Origin: Chrysomallon squamiferum
Lineage: Eukaryota > Animalia > Mollusca
Reading direction: 5' to 3'
Assembly: GCA_012295275.1 (NCBI GenBank)
Contig: CM022673.1
Location: 10,354,001-10,418,000, forward strand
DNA: 64,000 nucleotides
A program made the position numbers and the translations under genes. Numbering within the stretch: position 1 is the first letter of the stretch; the number at the start of each line of letters is the position of its first letter. A model generated the notes under the pieces. That model made no database searches. It had not been told where the DNA came from and saw nothing but the letters and a program-made list of their open reading frames with translations. Shown here piece by piece: positions 39,401-53,632 of this stretch.

Positions 39401-42400
39401 CCCCCTTAAAATCGTCCTGGCTGCACCCTTGAGCTTCTGACCCTGCATACAACACCTATACCAGATAAGTACATTAAAAAAAAAAAAATAAATTTGTAGA
39501 TAATGTATATATGTATTTACAGAAAGTGTTATAGATGAAAAAAAAAGACAAACACAAAAGTATCACACTAAAAAATTGGTCACATACATTTAATCCAGGT
39601 TATTACAGGTAGCAATGTTTTTTTGTTGTTTTTTTGATTCAAGTGTACCCTGTTCTTTTTTTTTTATTATGAAAAAAAAAAAAAAAAAACATTTTTAATT
39701 TCAATAGCATTTTTGTTTTTTTTTGAGTTAATTTTGTTTCAAATAAAAACTTTTATATATTTTTTTTGTTATTAAAAAATTAAATAGCATATAAAATGTT
39801 ATATTTTTCTTTTCTTTTTTTTTACAGCAAAACATTTACATTTTTCTTTAATACATTTAAATAATAATAATAATAATAATAATAATCAAAATAAATAAAG
39901 AAAAAACTACTTTTAATAACCTCTTGGTGTTAACTGATAACTAAATTTCTAAACTCATTATTAACAAATATTATTCCTAATGAAGAAAATGATATGTTTT
40001 ATCAGAGATCATAATAAAATATAAAATATTTTATTTTTAAATGAATTGAAATAATACGATACCACTATCAGAATTATGTTGAAATTTCCTTCTAAGGAGA
40101 AATGATGGATTTATAAAAAAAGAAATGATAAAAATTTTATTTTAATCAAAAATGATGAATATCGTCCATGGAAAAAAAAAAAAAAAAGAATTGAAGATAA
40201 TTGAGATAAAAATACTAAAAGTACACTAAAGATTATTCTATTTTAAAAAGAAAGGTTTGTTGTTTTTAATTAAACAATTATTACAGTGAAAGGATTTTTT
40301 TTTTTTTTTTTAAATTATTTCTTTAATATGAATGAATAAAAATATTTAACTTACATTATCTAGAAACTAATAAATTAATGTTTTATGTTTTAATAAAATT
40401 AAAATCTAATGCTATTTTTTATACATCACTAATCAATATTAGTAAAATTATTTATTTAAACACATAAATATTAATAAATTAATTCCACAGCTCAAAAATA
40501 TACAAATAATAACACACTTTCTTTTCAACATTTATCAAAAACAAAATGAAAATGGATAAAAATAGGAAAATAATAAAACTGATTCTTTCCTTTATATAAC
40601 TCTTCACAAAATATTCATTTTAATGTTTTAAAAATTATTTATCACCAGTATCTTTTTTCCGTGTAGAAAACTTAGAAATAAACAATAAACAAATTTTAAA
40701 ATTTATTTTACTAAAAATTTACAACATTCTATAAATGTATTTAATTTACATAATTAATGATATGTTTTGAAATGAAAAAAATTATGGCCAAAATATTTTA
40801 TCAACATTTCTGAATTTGAGAAATTTGTCTCAAATGTTCTAAAAATAAAATTTCAACCTTATTTCTTAATCATCAAAGGTATTAATTATATTTAAATTTC
40901 CATAATCTTATTCAATTAAAGATGCAGTTCTGACAGAACTGATAATAGAATTTTGGAACTTATTAAATAAATATTTTAAACATTATGTACAACAATATAA
41001 TATTAAATTTCTATGAACTTCATGCTGTATTGAAAAAGCATAACAATGCTTCAACAGCCATTTTAGGTGAGGTATATCAATTTATTAATTTATCCTAATT
41101 GATGTATCTCATTTATATATATATATATATAAAATGAATAAAAAGCATTAAAATATGTATTATATATATTGTTTTACATTTTTTATATTTCATTATTTTC
41201 AATTTTTTATTCAATCATGCAAGATTTGTTAACTTAAGACCCCAGATACTTAAATTGTTGAAAAGTACCAGTTTATTAGTTTAACTAGTTTTCCCCTATT
41301 TCTTGTGAAATATTCTTGAATACATTTATCAATTTTAAATGCAAATATTTGATTAAAACTGTAAAGAGCTTAAGAAATATTCTTAAAATTATTGTAGAAA
41401 CTATAAATAAATAAACATCGCAAAATTTTGAAAAATTAGTCTATAATTTTGTCGGACGTATTAATTAGCATTTAGTAAACTTTTGTTTTCCTTTCTTTGA
41501 GAACTTGTCTAATAAGATTAACTTTTTATCTTTAATTTTTTTTTTTTCACTAACAAATTTAAATAAATTAAGTATTGTTGCATTATTATTAATCACCAAC
41601 AATTATAAACTAGATTATAAATTACTAATTAAAAATCTCATCATTAATTACAGGTAATTTAAATCATATTAATCATTAATAAATTACAAATCATATTAAT
41701 TATTCATTACCAATTATATTAATTATAAATTATTTCATTAATTACAATTACAAACAATATCATTATCCAATCAAAAGCATTCTCTAATTTCATTACATTA
41801 TTTCTATGCTAAATTCAAAACTTGTAAAAATTTAGTTTTTAAAATTTCAAATGTGGATACAAACAGAACAGCAATTCCAACAATTCAACTAATCACCAAC
41901 AACAAGATCACCGTAGAAACGACACAGAAACATGGGCGGATAAATGTGGACACTCAGTCTATGTAGAATTATTTACATTCTTGGACATGATATTCAGAAT
42001 ATATAATCTTTAATAGGGGATAAGTATTATGCCAATACAAAATTCTCTACATGTTTTCAAATAGAAACCAAAATCTCATGAATTTCCATGAATAAAAAAC
42101 TGATTTAAATTGAAACCCAAAATTTTTAGCAAAAAAAAAAAAAAATAATAATAATAATAATAATAATAAAATTAAAACTTTTGTTACATGAAGGGATTTT
42201 TAAAAATTTATTTTATTATAAAATTTTTAGTTTTATGGGATTTTAGTATTTTTATGTTTTTTATTTCAATTTCTCAAATCAATGGTTAAATGTTTTTTTT
42301 TTTTTTTTTTTGAATGTCAATGTTTTAAATTTTAAAAAAAGGGAGTTTTTTTATTTCATTTTTTATTCATATTTCACTTTCCATTTTTATTTCCAATATT

Positions 42401-42916
42401 ATCTTAATAAATTTTAAAAAGCAATAGCAGCAAATATTTTGAACATTTTCCAATATGCAAGAAGGGGTCAGAATAATAATAATAATTAAAATAATTATTA
42501 AACTAGCTATATGGCACTTGAGTATTAGAATCTAGATTTATAAACCTACACACCATATATATAATAAATAAAAAAAAAAAATTGTAAATGATTTTTGCCC
42601 CTAATTAGTCTGACTACAAAACAGTAAATAAAAACATGCATAAATGATTTTTAAAAATGTATTCATAATATAGATATATATATATATACATCATGAAAGT
42701 GTCATTTGATAAGTTTTATATTTATGTATTGGCCCCAACACCACTGAATATGGAGTGTAATGATACTACAGATAACAAACAGTTTTAATATATAAATATA
42801 TATAAACATAATTACACTACTCAATCGATTTTATTTTTTAATTTAAAAATTTTTAGAAAATAAAAAAATATTAATATTAATGACTAAAAATATTTCCAAA
42901 ACAATAATAACAAAAG

Positions 42917-42935
42917 ATAACAACTAATAATGAAG

Positions 42936-42967
<32 letters not shown>

Positions 42968-42986
42968 CTTCATTATTAGTTGTTAT
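42917..42986. repeat. Perfect 70-bp palindrome centred on (TA)n
   Basis: ataacaactaataatgaagt-(ta)n-acttcattattagttgttat. Confidence 0.92.
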
Positions 42987-45774
42987 AAATTCTATTGCAT
43001 AAATTCTAAAAACATAAAACAAATTCAACTGTAGCAATTGATTTATAAATTTAAAAAAATAAAAAATAATAATTCTGAGAACCAAAATTAATGAAACAAG
43101 CTGTACCAACATTACAAATCAAAACTGCAGAAAGAACAAAATTATATAAAATAATTCAAATGTTCAAAGCAATGAAAATTTTAATTAAAATAATGTGCAT
43201 GTTTGAAAACTACCAGATGGCCACAAATTCATAAAATATTATTAAACATTTCAAACTTTTATTAGATACATTCAGTGCAAATGTCTGAGTATATATATAT
43301 AAAAAAAAACACAATTTGACATGAATATTGCATATTTTTAAATTATAAAAGTGTTTTTTTTTTCTCTTATTTTTAGATGTTTATATAGAAATTTTAATGA
43401 CAACATAATATTACTGTGTGAAATCTAGTCTCTCATTTGTAAATGCAGAGATGAAAGGTTGTTAACATTTCAAAAATGTTCTGGAATCATGTCCCGGTGA
43501 ACTATAGGGAAAAAGATAAAGAAATTTTAAATATTTATTTTTATAATAAACATTCACCTCAAAACTAGCACTTCTAAATATGTTGCCATAATAAAATATT
43601 ATTATTTAGTTTTAAATTTTCTTTTTGTCTTTATTAATTTTTTTACTTTGTATTTTTAATTTTTTTTTTTTTTTTTTTTTTTTTTTTGTGTGTCTTTTTA
43701 TTATAATTATTAAATTTACAGTAAAAATTCTGACTTTACACTAATAACATTTTTTTTTTAAATATATTTTTTTTAATTTTAATAAATACATTAATGTCTT
43801 CGGACAAAAGTATCTGTTAATTTTTATTTACAAGCTTTACAACAAGAAACTTTATTTTGTGACCACCTGCTAAATACAACACAATTTTTTCTTATTAACT
43901 GTTATGACAAAACCCAGCAAAAGATAAAACCAAACAAAAGTCTCCAATACAAAAATATTATCAAAATATAAAACATTTTAAAATTTACTGATTAATATGA
44001 GTCTGTGTGTGTGTTTTTTCAAAACAAGCAATAAAACACTAAAGAATTAAACATCATTATATATGTTGATTGTAAATAACATGTAATTTATCATAGTAAA
44101 TACAGTTCCATCCCAAAACATTGTCAGTGCCTCAGAATTTATCTTGTCATCATATACGGCCACTATGAACAGTTTGAAAACTATGTGTTTAAATAGTATT
44201 GTGTCATGTTACTATTATCAGTTTAAAAATAATTTTAAAACTGTCATGTGCTTTTAACGTATGCATTATTTTTGTAAAGAGGAATAAAATTATAAAATGC
44301 ATCAGGAAATAAAAACAATTCTGCACCATTAACAAAAATTAAAAAAATAAGCAGAAATTGTTGCTTCTGTAAAAAATTCAACACACAAATGATTAGATAG
44401 AAAACCTAAATACAAAATCGTTTCTTTTAAAACATAATACATATTATTTTATTTGTACGAGTATAAAAACAAAATTCATGTCAATCAATTCAGCTCAAAA
44501 ATCATACACATACTACTGTGCTCAAAAAACTTTTTTAAAAATAAATAAATAATAATAATAATAATAATAATTTTAATTTTAGAATTTAAAACATTTTTGT
44601 TTTCATGATGTTCGAAGAAACCAAGAAATACGGACACCTTGAGATTCACACTGCAGCCAAAACTGAGAATTATGGACACCTTCCGTTTCACTGTATAGAA
44701 AAACAACAGTAAAAAAAATGGACATCACGTTACAATTTGAGAAAGCCGCCAATTATAAAACATTAACTTGTTCAGAGAACCAGTATTTTAATAAAAAGTA
44801 AATTATTTACTTAAAAAAAAAGAAAAAAGAAAAAGAATTAGAGCTACCTAGTTAAAAATATATATTACAAAATAAGAAAGAGAACCAAGCATATGAGAAA
44901 TTTTAATCAGTTCCAAGGAGTTAATGACAATAATAATAATAATAATAAAACCACAGCAAGTGAAAACATTGCTAAATTATAATTAAAACTGGAGTGGACC
45001 AGTTTCTTCAAGCCTTGTCTATATCACAGATAGGTCACATAGTAAAAATATAACAATCAATTTGTATTATTTACACTCTGTTTTAGAAATTTAAACCAAA
45101 AAAACAAACAAAAAACAGATTAAAAAAGGAAAAAGAAAGAGATACTCGTAATTAAAAAACTAAACTTTAAAAAAAGAAATCTGGCAATGAATTATATTTA
45201 ATCACTAGTTGTTTTAAATAAATAAAAAAAAAAATAAAAAAAAATTTAAAAAAAAAAAAATTATAATAACTTAAAATAAAAATTAATAATTAAAGAAAAG
45301 TAACAAAAAGATCATAACTATTTAAAAACAAAATAACTGTTAAAAATTAAAAAAGAAGTCAAAAATGTTTTTAAATATAATATCAAAATAATATTAACAA
45401 AAATAAAATTATATTGAACATATATTTAATTTTTAGCCAAAGAAATAATAAAATCATTTCGTAGGCAAGTGATATTTCTCTCTTTTCTTTTACATACTAA
45501 AAATTAAACATTTTCTTTTATTGTGTTATTTTCAAAGTTAAAATAAAAAAGAAGAAGAGAAAAAGCATAATTCATGCCAGATTAAAAATATATTATTAAA
45601 AATATAACCCTGAAAAATAATTTTAAAAAAAGCAACAAAAATATCAAAAAAATAAATAAAATTCATCAAATTATATAAAAGGAATGTTCTAATAATGTAA
45701 TAAATTTTTACATCTTTTACTTTCATACTGTCAGCAATGAAATACCGTGCCAAATAAAATTATATAACAATAAC

Positions 45775-45835
<61 letters not shown>

Positions 45836-46924
45836 CAATAAAACAAAAAATATACATATGAACAGAGAAACAAAACAAATATAAAACCCAAAAAGATAAT
45901 AAAATTTTGTTGAATATATATAAATGAACAGAACAATTAAAAATGACTCCAGTCTTAAAGATTATTTAATATGTCTATAACAATCTGTCATTTCAAGCTT
46001 TCTCTCTTTCAATATATACAAATATAGCATTTTTTGTCCAATATACACAAAATAAAACAGCATCCAAAATAAAAATCTTTCAGATCTTTAGTCATTATTA
46101 TTATTTTTTTATTATTATTTTTTTTTTTTTTTTTATTTTTTTTATTTTTTTTGTCACTGATGGGGAAAAAATGGAGAAAAATCTACAGTAAAAGATAAAT
46201 ATATGAATTATAAAAATCCTATAAAAAACACACAGTAAGATAAAAATCAATAAGAACAATTTTTTTTTACTCTCAAGTTTGGTAAAAATTCAATAAATTT
46301 TGTATCAGTTTTTTAATATATTGTGCTACAACTGATAAATATTTCAGTGAAAGTTAACTAATTAAAAAAAAAAAAAAAACATTAAAGAATGAAATATTTT
46401 TGTGTCATATTTTTGAAATAAGTCGTTTAATTTCATAAATAATTAAATAGTCTTTAAAAACTTTTTTGTTGTTCATTATAACTTTTTTCATTCTTTTTTT
46501 TTCTTTCTTCAATAAACAAATATTGTTCTTTAACATTTAAAAAAAAAACCAAAAAAAAAAAACCATACACCATGAAGCCATTTTTAAAACAAAACCTTTA
46601 TACAGCAAATAAACTAAATGTCATAAAGCAAAATTTTAAAAACTTTATATCTCACTTACCGACGTGGTATAAAACTATATGCCTGTTAAAAAATGAAAAT
46701 CGTAAATATAAAACATACATCATTCTAAAAACGAAAGAAACAATTTAAAAAAAAAATAATAATAATAAAAAATACTGAAACAAATCTTCAGTTCTGTCAC
46801 AGAACTGCCTGCAGTAATTCTAAGACTGTTAAAAAAAAGTCACTGTATTGCCAGAGGAGGAGTGGATGGATAGCAGTGTCTGTTTTAACACAGATGTGTG
46901 TCAGACAAAAGGATGGAGAGGATT

Positions 46925-47023
46925 CTATGCTGTGGTTTCAACAGCGTATTTGCTGCCTGACGTGTCTTCTGTCTTCCAGAACTTCATGTTGGACATCTTC
47001 ACTTTGAGCTGACTCGGTCGATG
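46925..47023 (-). CDS. PLXDC-like terminal coding exon
   Basis: ttcag|HRPSQLKVKMSNMKFWKTEDTSGSKYAVETTA-TAG. Confidence 0.9.
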   Translation of the reverse strand, partial: HRPSQLKVKMSNMKFWKTEDTSGSKYAVETTA

Positions 47024-47176
47024 CTGAAATAAAATGAGGAAATAATTTTTAATGGTGCATTATTTTAAATGTATGGACAAACACAGATAAACTTACGTAC
47101 ATACATACATATGTAGGTAAATACATATAAAGATGTATCCACATACATATGTACGCATGCATATGTATATATGTAT

Positions 47177-47219
<43 letters not shown>

Positions 47220-48140
47220 CACCTGAAATGAATGTGGAAAATAATTTAAATATTTAAATATTGGAAATGTAAATGCATATTTAAAAAATTAAAAAAACCA
47301 AAACAAAGCATGACCGTATTTCAAAATAAATAAATAATATACAAATAATAAATAAAAAATATATACGATATCTTTTTCTTTTTCTATCTCACAGACACCA
47401 TACTGGATACACCATGAAATACAACAAATAACTTTATAATAACTATACTAAGTGGTACTGTAGGTAGTGTAATCTTAAAATGTATCATGTTCTTTACCTC
47501 CATGAGCCACAACCCTGATGCTGTTGTTGGGTGGGTGTAAGCATAGAAAAGCCAAACAGCTAATCCACCAAACACTAACAGCAGGATGAGAATAACAGCA
47601 ATGGTAGCTCCGATTGGAAAATCTGAAAACAGAATAACTTATATAGAAGCTAACTACACACACACAAACACACACAAACACAGAAACTAAGATGCTTGCA
47701 ATACAAACAGCTGCAACCAAAATACCTGTAATAACACAGAGAACATTTTAATGCATTTAAACTTATTCAACCGTATATAACAAATATCAACCCTCATATA
47801 AAAATAACAATAGAATCTAGAATTATAAAAACAAATATATAAAAATAATTCTAAAAAAAAAAAAAGAGAGAAAAAATTAAAAAAAGCCTGGAGAAAACCT
47901 CTCAATTTTTTGGATATATTTAAATGTATTCAGAATAATTTCAGATGTCAACCTTCACATAAAAATAAAAATAATTTCTAGGATTAAAAAAAAAAAGAAA
48001 GAAAAGAAAGAAAAAAATAGTTAAAACCCTTTCAATTTTTCTAATATATTAATTTAAAAATAATTTGAAATGTTAACATTACTTACGGTCATGAGTGACA
48101 GTACAGCTAGATTCTGTGGAATTCTGTTGAAATAAAAAAA

Positions 48141-48182
<42 letters not shown>

Positions 48183-48897
48183 AAATAATAAAAGTATTTA
48201 TATGCACAGAAATTCGTGAAAAATCAATCAATAAATAACAAAAATAATAATCTAAAGAAAAGAAGGAAAAATCAAAAATAATATTTGACAAAATCCCCCC
48301 AAAAAACAAATTGACAAATACATTCTTGAATTATTTTCTCAGAACCTGTTATAAAAAAACTCTCACATGCACACACACACACTCATATACACACACACAC
48401 ATACACTAACACATACAGTCAAACATACTGACAAAATTAGAAACAATTTTATTGAAATAAATTTAAAAATTTAAAAAAATTTTAAATATATTTAAAAAAA
48501 AATGACACTGATATATTAAAATATAGTCATTATGACAAAAAAATTACTATAAATTAAAAATTAATAAACAAGTAAACAAATAAGTAAATAATTTCTCTAT
48601 TATTATTTTTTCTTTAAATAATTCAGGTTAATGATTATCAATAAACCACAACCAGTTTATTAGTTGTATTAATATTTACAACCACTAAGCATCACAATTA
48701 TTTATGAATATATGGTGTACAAATATACAGGCTAAATGAACTATTATGCAGTTTAAAAAAAAAATCTATATAATTAAAACAACAACAACAAAACCCCAAC
48801 AAAAAAACAACAAGCAAGCAGACAGGATACAAGAAGAATGTGTTGCAAATTCTAATTTACATTCATACACATAGATTCATAAGGAAGATAGGTATAT

Positions 48898-48955
<58 letters not shown>

Positions 48956-48968
48956 TGTGTCTGTGTCT

Positions 48969-49045
<77 letters not shown>

Positions 49046-49196
49046 TGTGTGAGTGAGTGAGTGAGTGAGTGAGTGAGTGAGTGAGTCCTATGAATTTATC
49101 TGTCCTATGAACAACACTGACTGCAATTTTATTTAAATATTAAACTTATAACTTAATAATTAAAAAAAAAAATAAAAAAAAAAATAAGGATATTTA

Positions 49197-49227
<31 letters not shown>

Positions 49228-49649
49228 CAGAAAAGAACAAAGGAATAACAATTAGGCCAAACTATAGTAAATAATCACTCAAGCTTTGTAAGTAAGACGT
49301 GCTTAATTAGAAAAATGTAATTAATTTGCTCCATGTTATCAGCATCTGAAGTAGATATTAAAAAAATAAAACAGAGAAAAAAGAAAAGAAAGAAAGGAAA
49401 GCACACACACACACACACGCGCACACACACGTGCACACGTATAAGCTCACACACAAACACACACTGATCTAAGCAGGTATCTAAATTAATTAGTAATTAA
49501 TAATAAGCAGTGTGACTCTAAGCCAGAGCTGCAGGCAAGTAAAAGGCAGAGAATTTATTTTAGTGTTCGCTGAAGTTGATGAATCAAGTATAAGGCAGTC
49601 AGGAGATAGAGATGGAAAAAGAGTCTCACAGACCTTTTTAATTTTATAA

Positions 49650-49711
<62 letters not shown>

Positions 49712-50640
49712 GCACACATATATATTTTTATATTTCAAAACTAAAAAAGTTATATTTAAAGCTTTTTGCTACTTACAATGGACTGTATGTGTGCGTGTGT
49801 GTGTGCATGTGTGTGTGTGTGCGTGCATGCATGCGCGTGTATATTTGTTTTGATCAGAAAATGTCCTTATCAGTCATAATGAATATTCAAATAATCACTA
49901 ACAGATGAATACCCAAACAATCACTAACAGATGAATATTCAAATAATCACTAACAGATGAATATCCAAATAATCACAACAGATGAATATTCAAATAATCA
50001 CTAACAGATGAGTATCCAAATAATCACTAACAGATGAATATTCAAATAATCACTAACAGATGAATATTCAAATAATCACAAAGAAATGAATATTCAAATA
50101 ATCTGAAAGAGCTAAAAATATGAATCTGAAGTCATGTAATGAACAAAAACAAGCCTTTCACCAATTCTAAATGTAAGTAAATGTATGTTGGCTACCTTTG
50201 TGAAAACAAATCATCAAGTAATTTAATAAAATATAATTAGATACCACTGAATGATTAAGTTAGATGATTCGAATAACATTCATAAAACAAATCAACATTT
50301 ATTTAATGAACATTCAGCAACTGTAAGTACATTTATACAACATGTACAATTTATGACAAATAATGTTCATGACAATGAACTATAGTCATCTGATGATTAT
50401 GTGCAATATAACTTTTAAACATCTGATAACAAATCTCATTATACTTATATATGAAAGTTTATATAGGTTCTAATTAAGGTATAAGCCAATCTTATTATGC
50501 CTATAAATACTACTTTGGTTCTTATCACTCACATTTAGCTATGGAATGAAATTTTATGCACCTAAAATTTATTTAAAAGAATGTATTATTATTGCTTAAA
50601 AAAAAAAAAAAAAAACATCTTACCCAAAAAACAAAGAACA

Positions 50641-50690
<50 letters not shown>

Positions 50691-50868
50691 TAATAATTAA
50701 CAATAAAAAGCAACAAAAACCACAAAACAAAAACAGTTTCAGCAACATGCATGACGTATATACATTTTTTCTTTCTTTAAACATAAAACATGATCGTGTC
50801 GCCTTCCATGGAGTATATTTAGATTTCCCAGAACTCGCCAAGCTGTCATATTCTGCAGACACACACAA

Positions 50869-50899
<31 letters not shown>

Positions 50900-53593
50900 A
50901 AAAAAAAAAAAAAAAAAAAAAAACCTTTGAATAAAATATTGATTTGTTCATTGACGAAATGTCAGGTTTGGGATAATTACTCCTGTTGACCTCTGTCATT
51001 CCAAGAATTGAATCAACTCAGTTGTAAGACAGGGCAGTTAGCAAATGGTTCAAGTGATGTTGACCATTTTCAACTTAATTCCTTCGTTACTCATTTTGCC
51101 ATGTCTTGTAAGAAAATATTTCTGGGGTTTTTTTTCTTATTATTTTTCTTATTATTTCTCTTATTCAGTTGGTTGTCAAATTCTGTCCAGTTTTTCTGAA
51201 TACAGAATGTAACTATTATGGACTATTATTATTATTGTTGTTGTTGTTGTTGTTGTTGTTACCACCACAATATATTAGTTCTGCAAATAATTCTATTTTA
51301 AAGTAATTTTACGTCAAATGTTATCTACATCTTCTAAGATTATTTTAAAGATAAAATGGAATTTCAGACTAAAACAAATATTTACATCTTCATATATGAG
51401 CAAGCACTCACAAATATTTTAAATACTTTTAAGATTTTATTTCAAAATAAAAATGTCTAAAATGCACTAATAAAGCATGATGGTGCAAAACTGTCAGTCA
51501 AGCTAAATTTAATTTTCAATCTTTACAGTTATTGTTATGTTCTACAGATTCTAATTTTCTAAATCTAAAAAACCCCCAACAAATGTATCAAGCTATCAAA
51601 AAGATTTACAAGTGACTGCAGCAGTTACAGAAATGTTTAGTATATAAACATTTAAATGCAGTAGTTTTTAAAAAGCTTCATGAATTAGGAATCTAATGAA
51701 TCTGCTTCTACTTAAAACTATGTATTGAAATGAAAAAATAAATAAATAAAATAAAACAAAACAACCCCCCCCATACAAAACAAATAACATTAAATATTAT
51801 TTCAGAAATGTTTTTAAAAAGTATTTAGACTTACAAATTACTGAAGTATATCTATGTATGAATGAATGTATGTATGTATGTATGTATGTGTGTGTGTGTG
51901 TGTATGATGTGTGTGTATGTATATATGTATTTATGTATGTGAGTATATATATATATATATATATATGTATGTACTTGTGTGTGTGCGTGTGTCTGTGTGT
52001 ACATATATGTGTATTATAGGAATTTGAATATTCTGTCTGCACACTGACAATATTTGGGAATGCACTGGTACAGGAGGACAAAGTCAATTACAACCTCACA
52101 AATGTATGTATGTATGTATGAATGAACATGTAAATTTAAATATCATTTTAAAACAATGAGCTATAGAAATGGTACATAGTCATGTGTTATTGTTTTGTTT
52201 GTTTTTTGATATTCTGAAAAACAGATCAAAGTGATTGCAATAGGTTTGTTATAAATCATTTTACACAGTTGAAAAAGGTTTATTAAGCCATACACATTAT
52301 TGTAATGGTTCTGGAACATTTATTGAAGAAAATATTGTTTGTGTGACATTTTTCATTTCTGGTACTTGAAAAAATCAAAACAATTTTAACAAAAATGAAA
52401 AGAAAAAAATGCAGAATATAAATTATTTATTTATTTATTTTTAAATTACTTGTTTTTTATTTATTTATTTATTTTTTTTTTTTTTTTTTTTTTTTTAATG
52501 GAAAATCAAAACAATTTTTTCCAAAATCAAAAGAAAAAAAATATATAAATTTTTTATTTATTTATTCTTAAATCCTTGATTTTTAAGGGGTGTGATTTGG
52601 GGAAATTTTTTTTTTTTAATGGATTTGGGTTTTTTATAAATTCAAATTAATTATTATATATCAATTTTCTGTGAGACTCGAATAAGAAGTGACAACAACA
52701 GAGGCAGAAATTAGCAAACAATTATTATATATAAACATATTTATATACTTCGTCACACGTGGTTTTAGATTTCATGGGAGTTACTGCTGCTGTTGTAGCC
52801 GATGTCTTTGTTTGCACGGCTTCCTTTTTAGTGCTTTTTCCATAATCATGTACAGCAGTTGTTGCTGTTGTAGCCGATGTCTTTGTCTGTAGTTTTGTTG
52901 AGCTTACCATATAGGTTGTAGTTGTAGAAGGATAGCAATCACTAAGTGTTGAATTCTATGAAAATCATTGCAGTACGTATGTCAATAATGAATTTTCTAT
53001 ATTCAAAAAAAACAGTACTTAAGTTTATATTATCTGCAGTGTTTATTTAAAAAAGAAAAAAAGAAAAGTCCAGTGTGTGTGAATATTTGGTCACAGCATT
53101 AGTATATTTAAGTGTAAATAAATTTAAAAAAAATGTTTTTAGCAGTTTGTACTCATGTAAGTATTTTATCAGAACAAAAATGTATTATAAGGAGATAAAA
53201 ATGGAGATTTCTGTGTTCATATAATGTTCAGTCAAACAAAAATAATTTCTTAATATATATATATATATATAGACACACACATTTGTGTTTATGTATGTGT
53301 TTGTGCATATGTGTGTGTGTGTGTTTTTTGCAAATGTCATTAATCAATATTCTTTTTGTTAATTTCTTTCCTTTTTAAAGAAAAAGAAAGTGTTCTTTTG
53401 GATCAGGTATGACATTAATATGCCTGAAATAATCTGCAGAAGATGACATTCTCTCTTTTTGTTTGTCTATCTGTCTGTATGTCTGTCTCTCTCACTTTCA
53501 CATGCATATACACCAAACACAAATACATATATAAACATATGCATAAATACACAAATAAAAATAAATACATTCATACACATATACTTATACACT

Positions 53594-53632
<39 letters not shown>

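Noticed and set aside
47475-47725. Upstream AG at 47726 giving a hydrophobic alternative-frame peptide (ILVAAVCIASILVSVFVCV...)
   Set aside because: Adds 103 nt and shifts the frame; the hydrophobicity largely reflects a GT repeat, and the conserved HPT motif would be lost.
49879-50103. Regular 26-bp repeats, like those at 4065-4392, resembling a CRISPR array
   Set aside because: Head-to-tail units without unique spacers, no cas genes, and a eukaryotic intron context.
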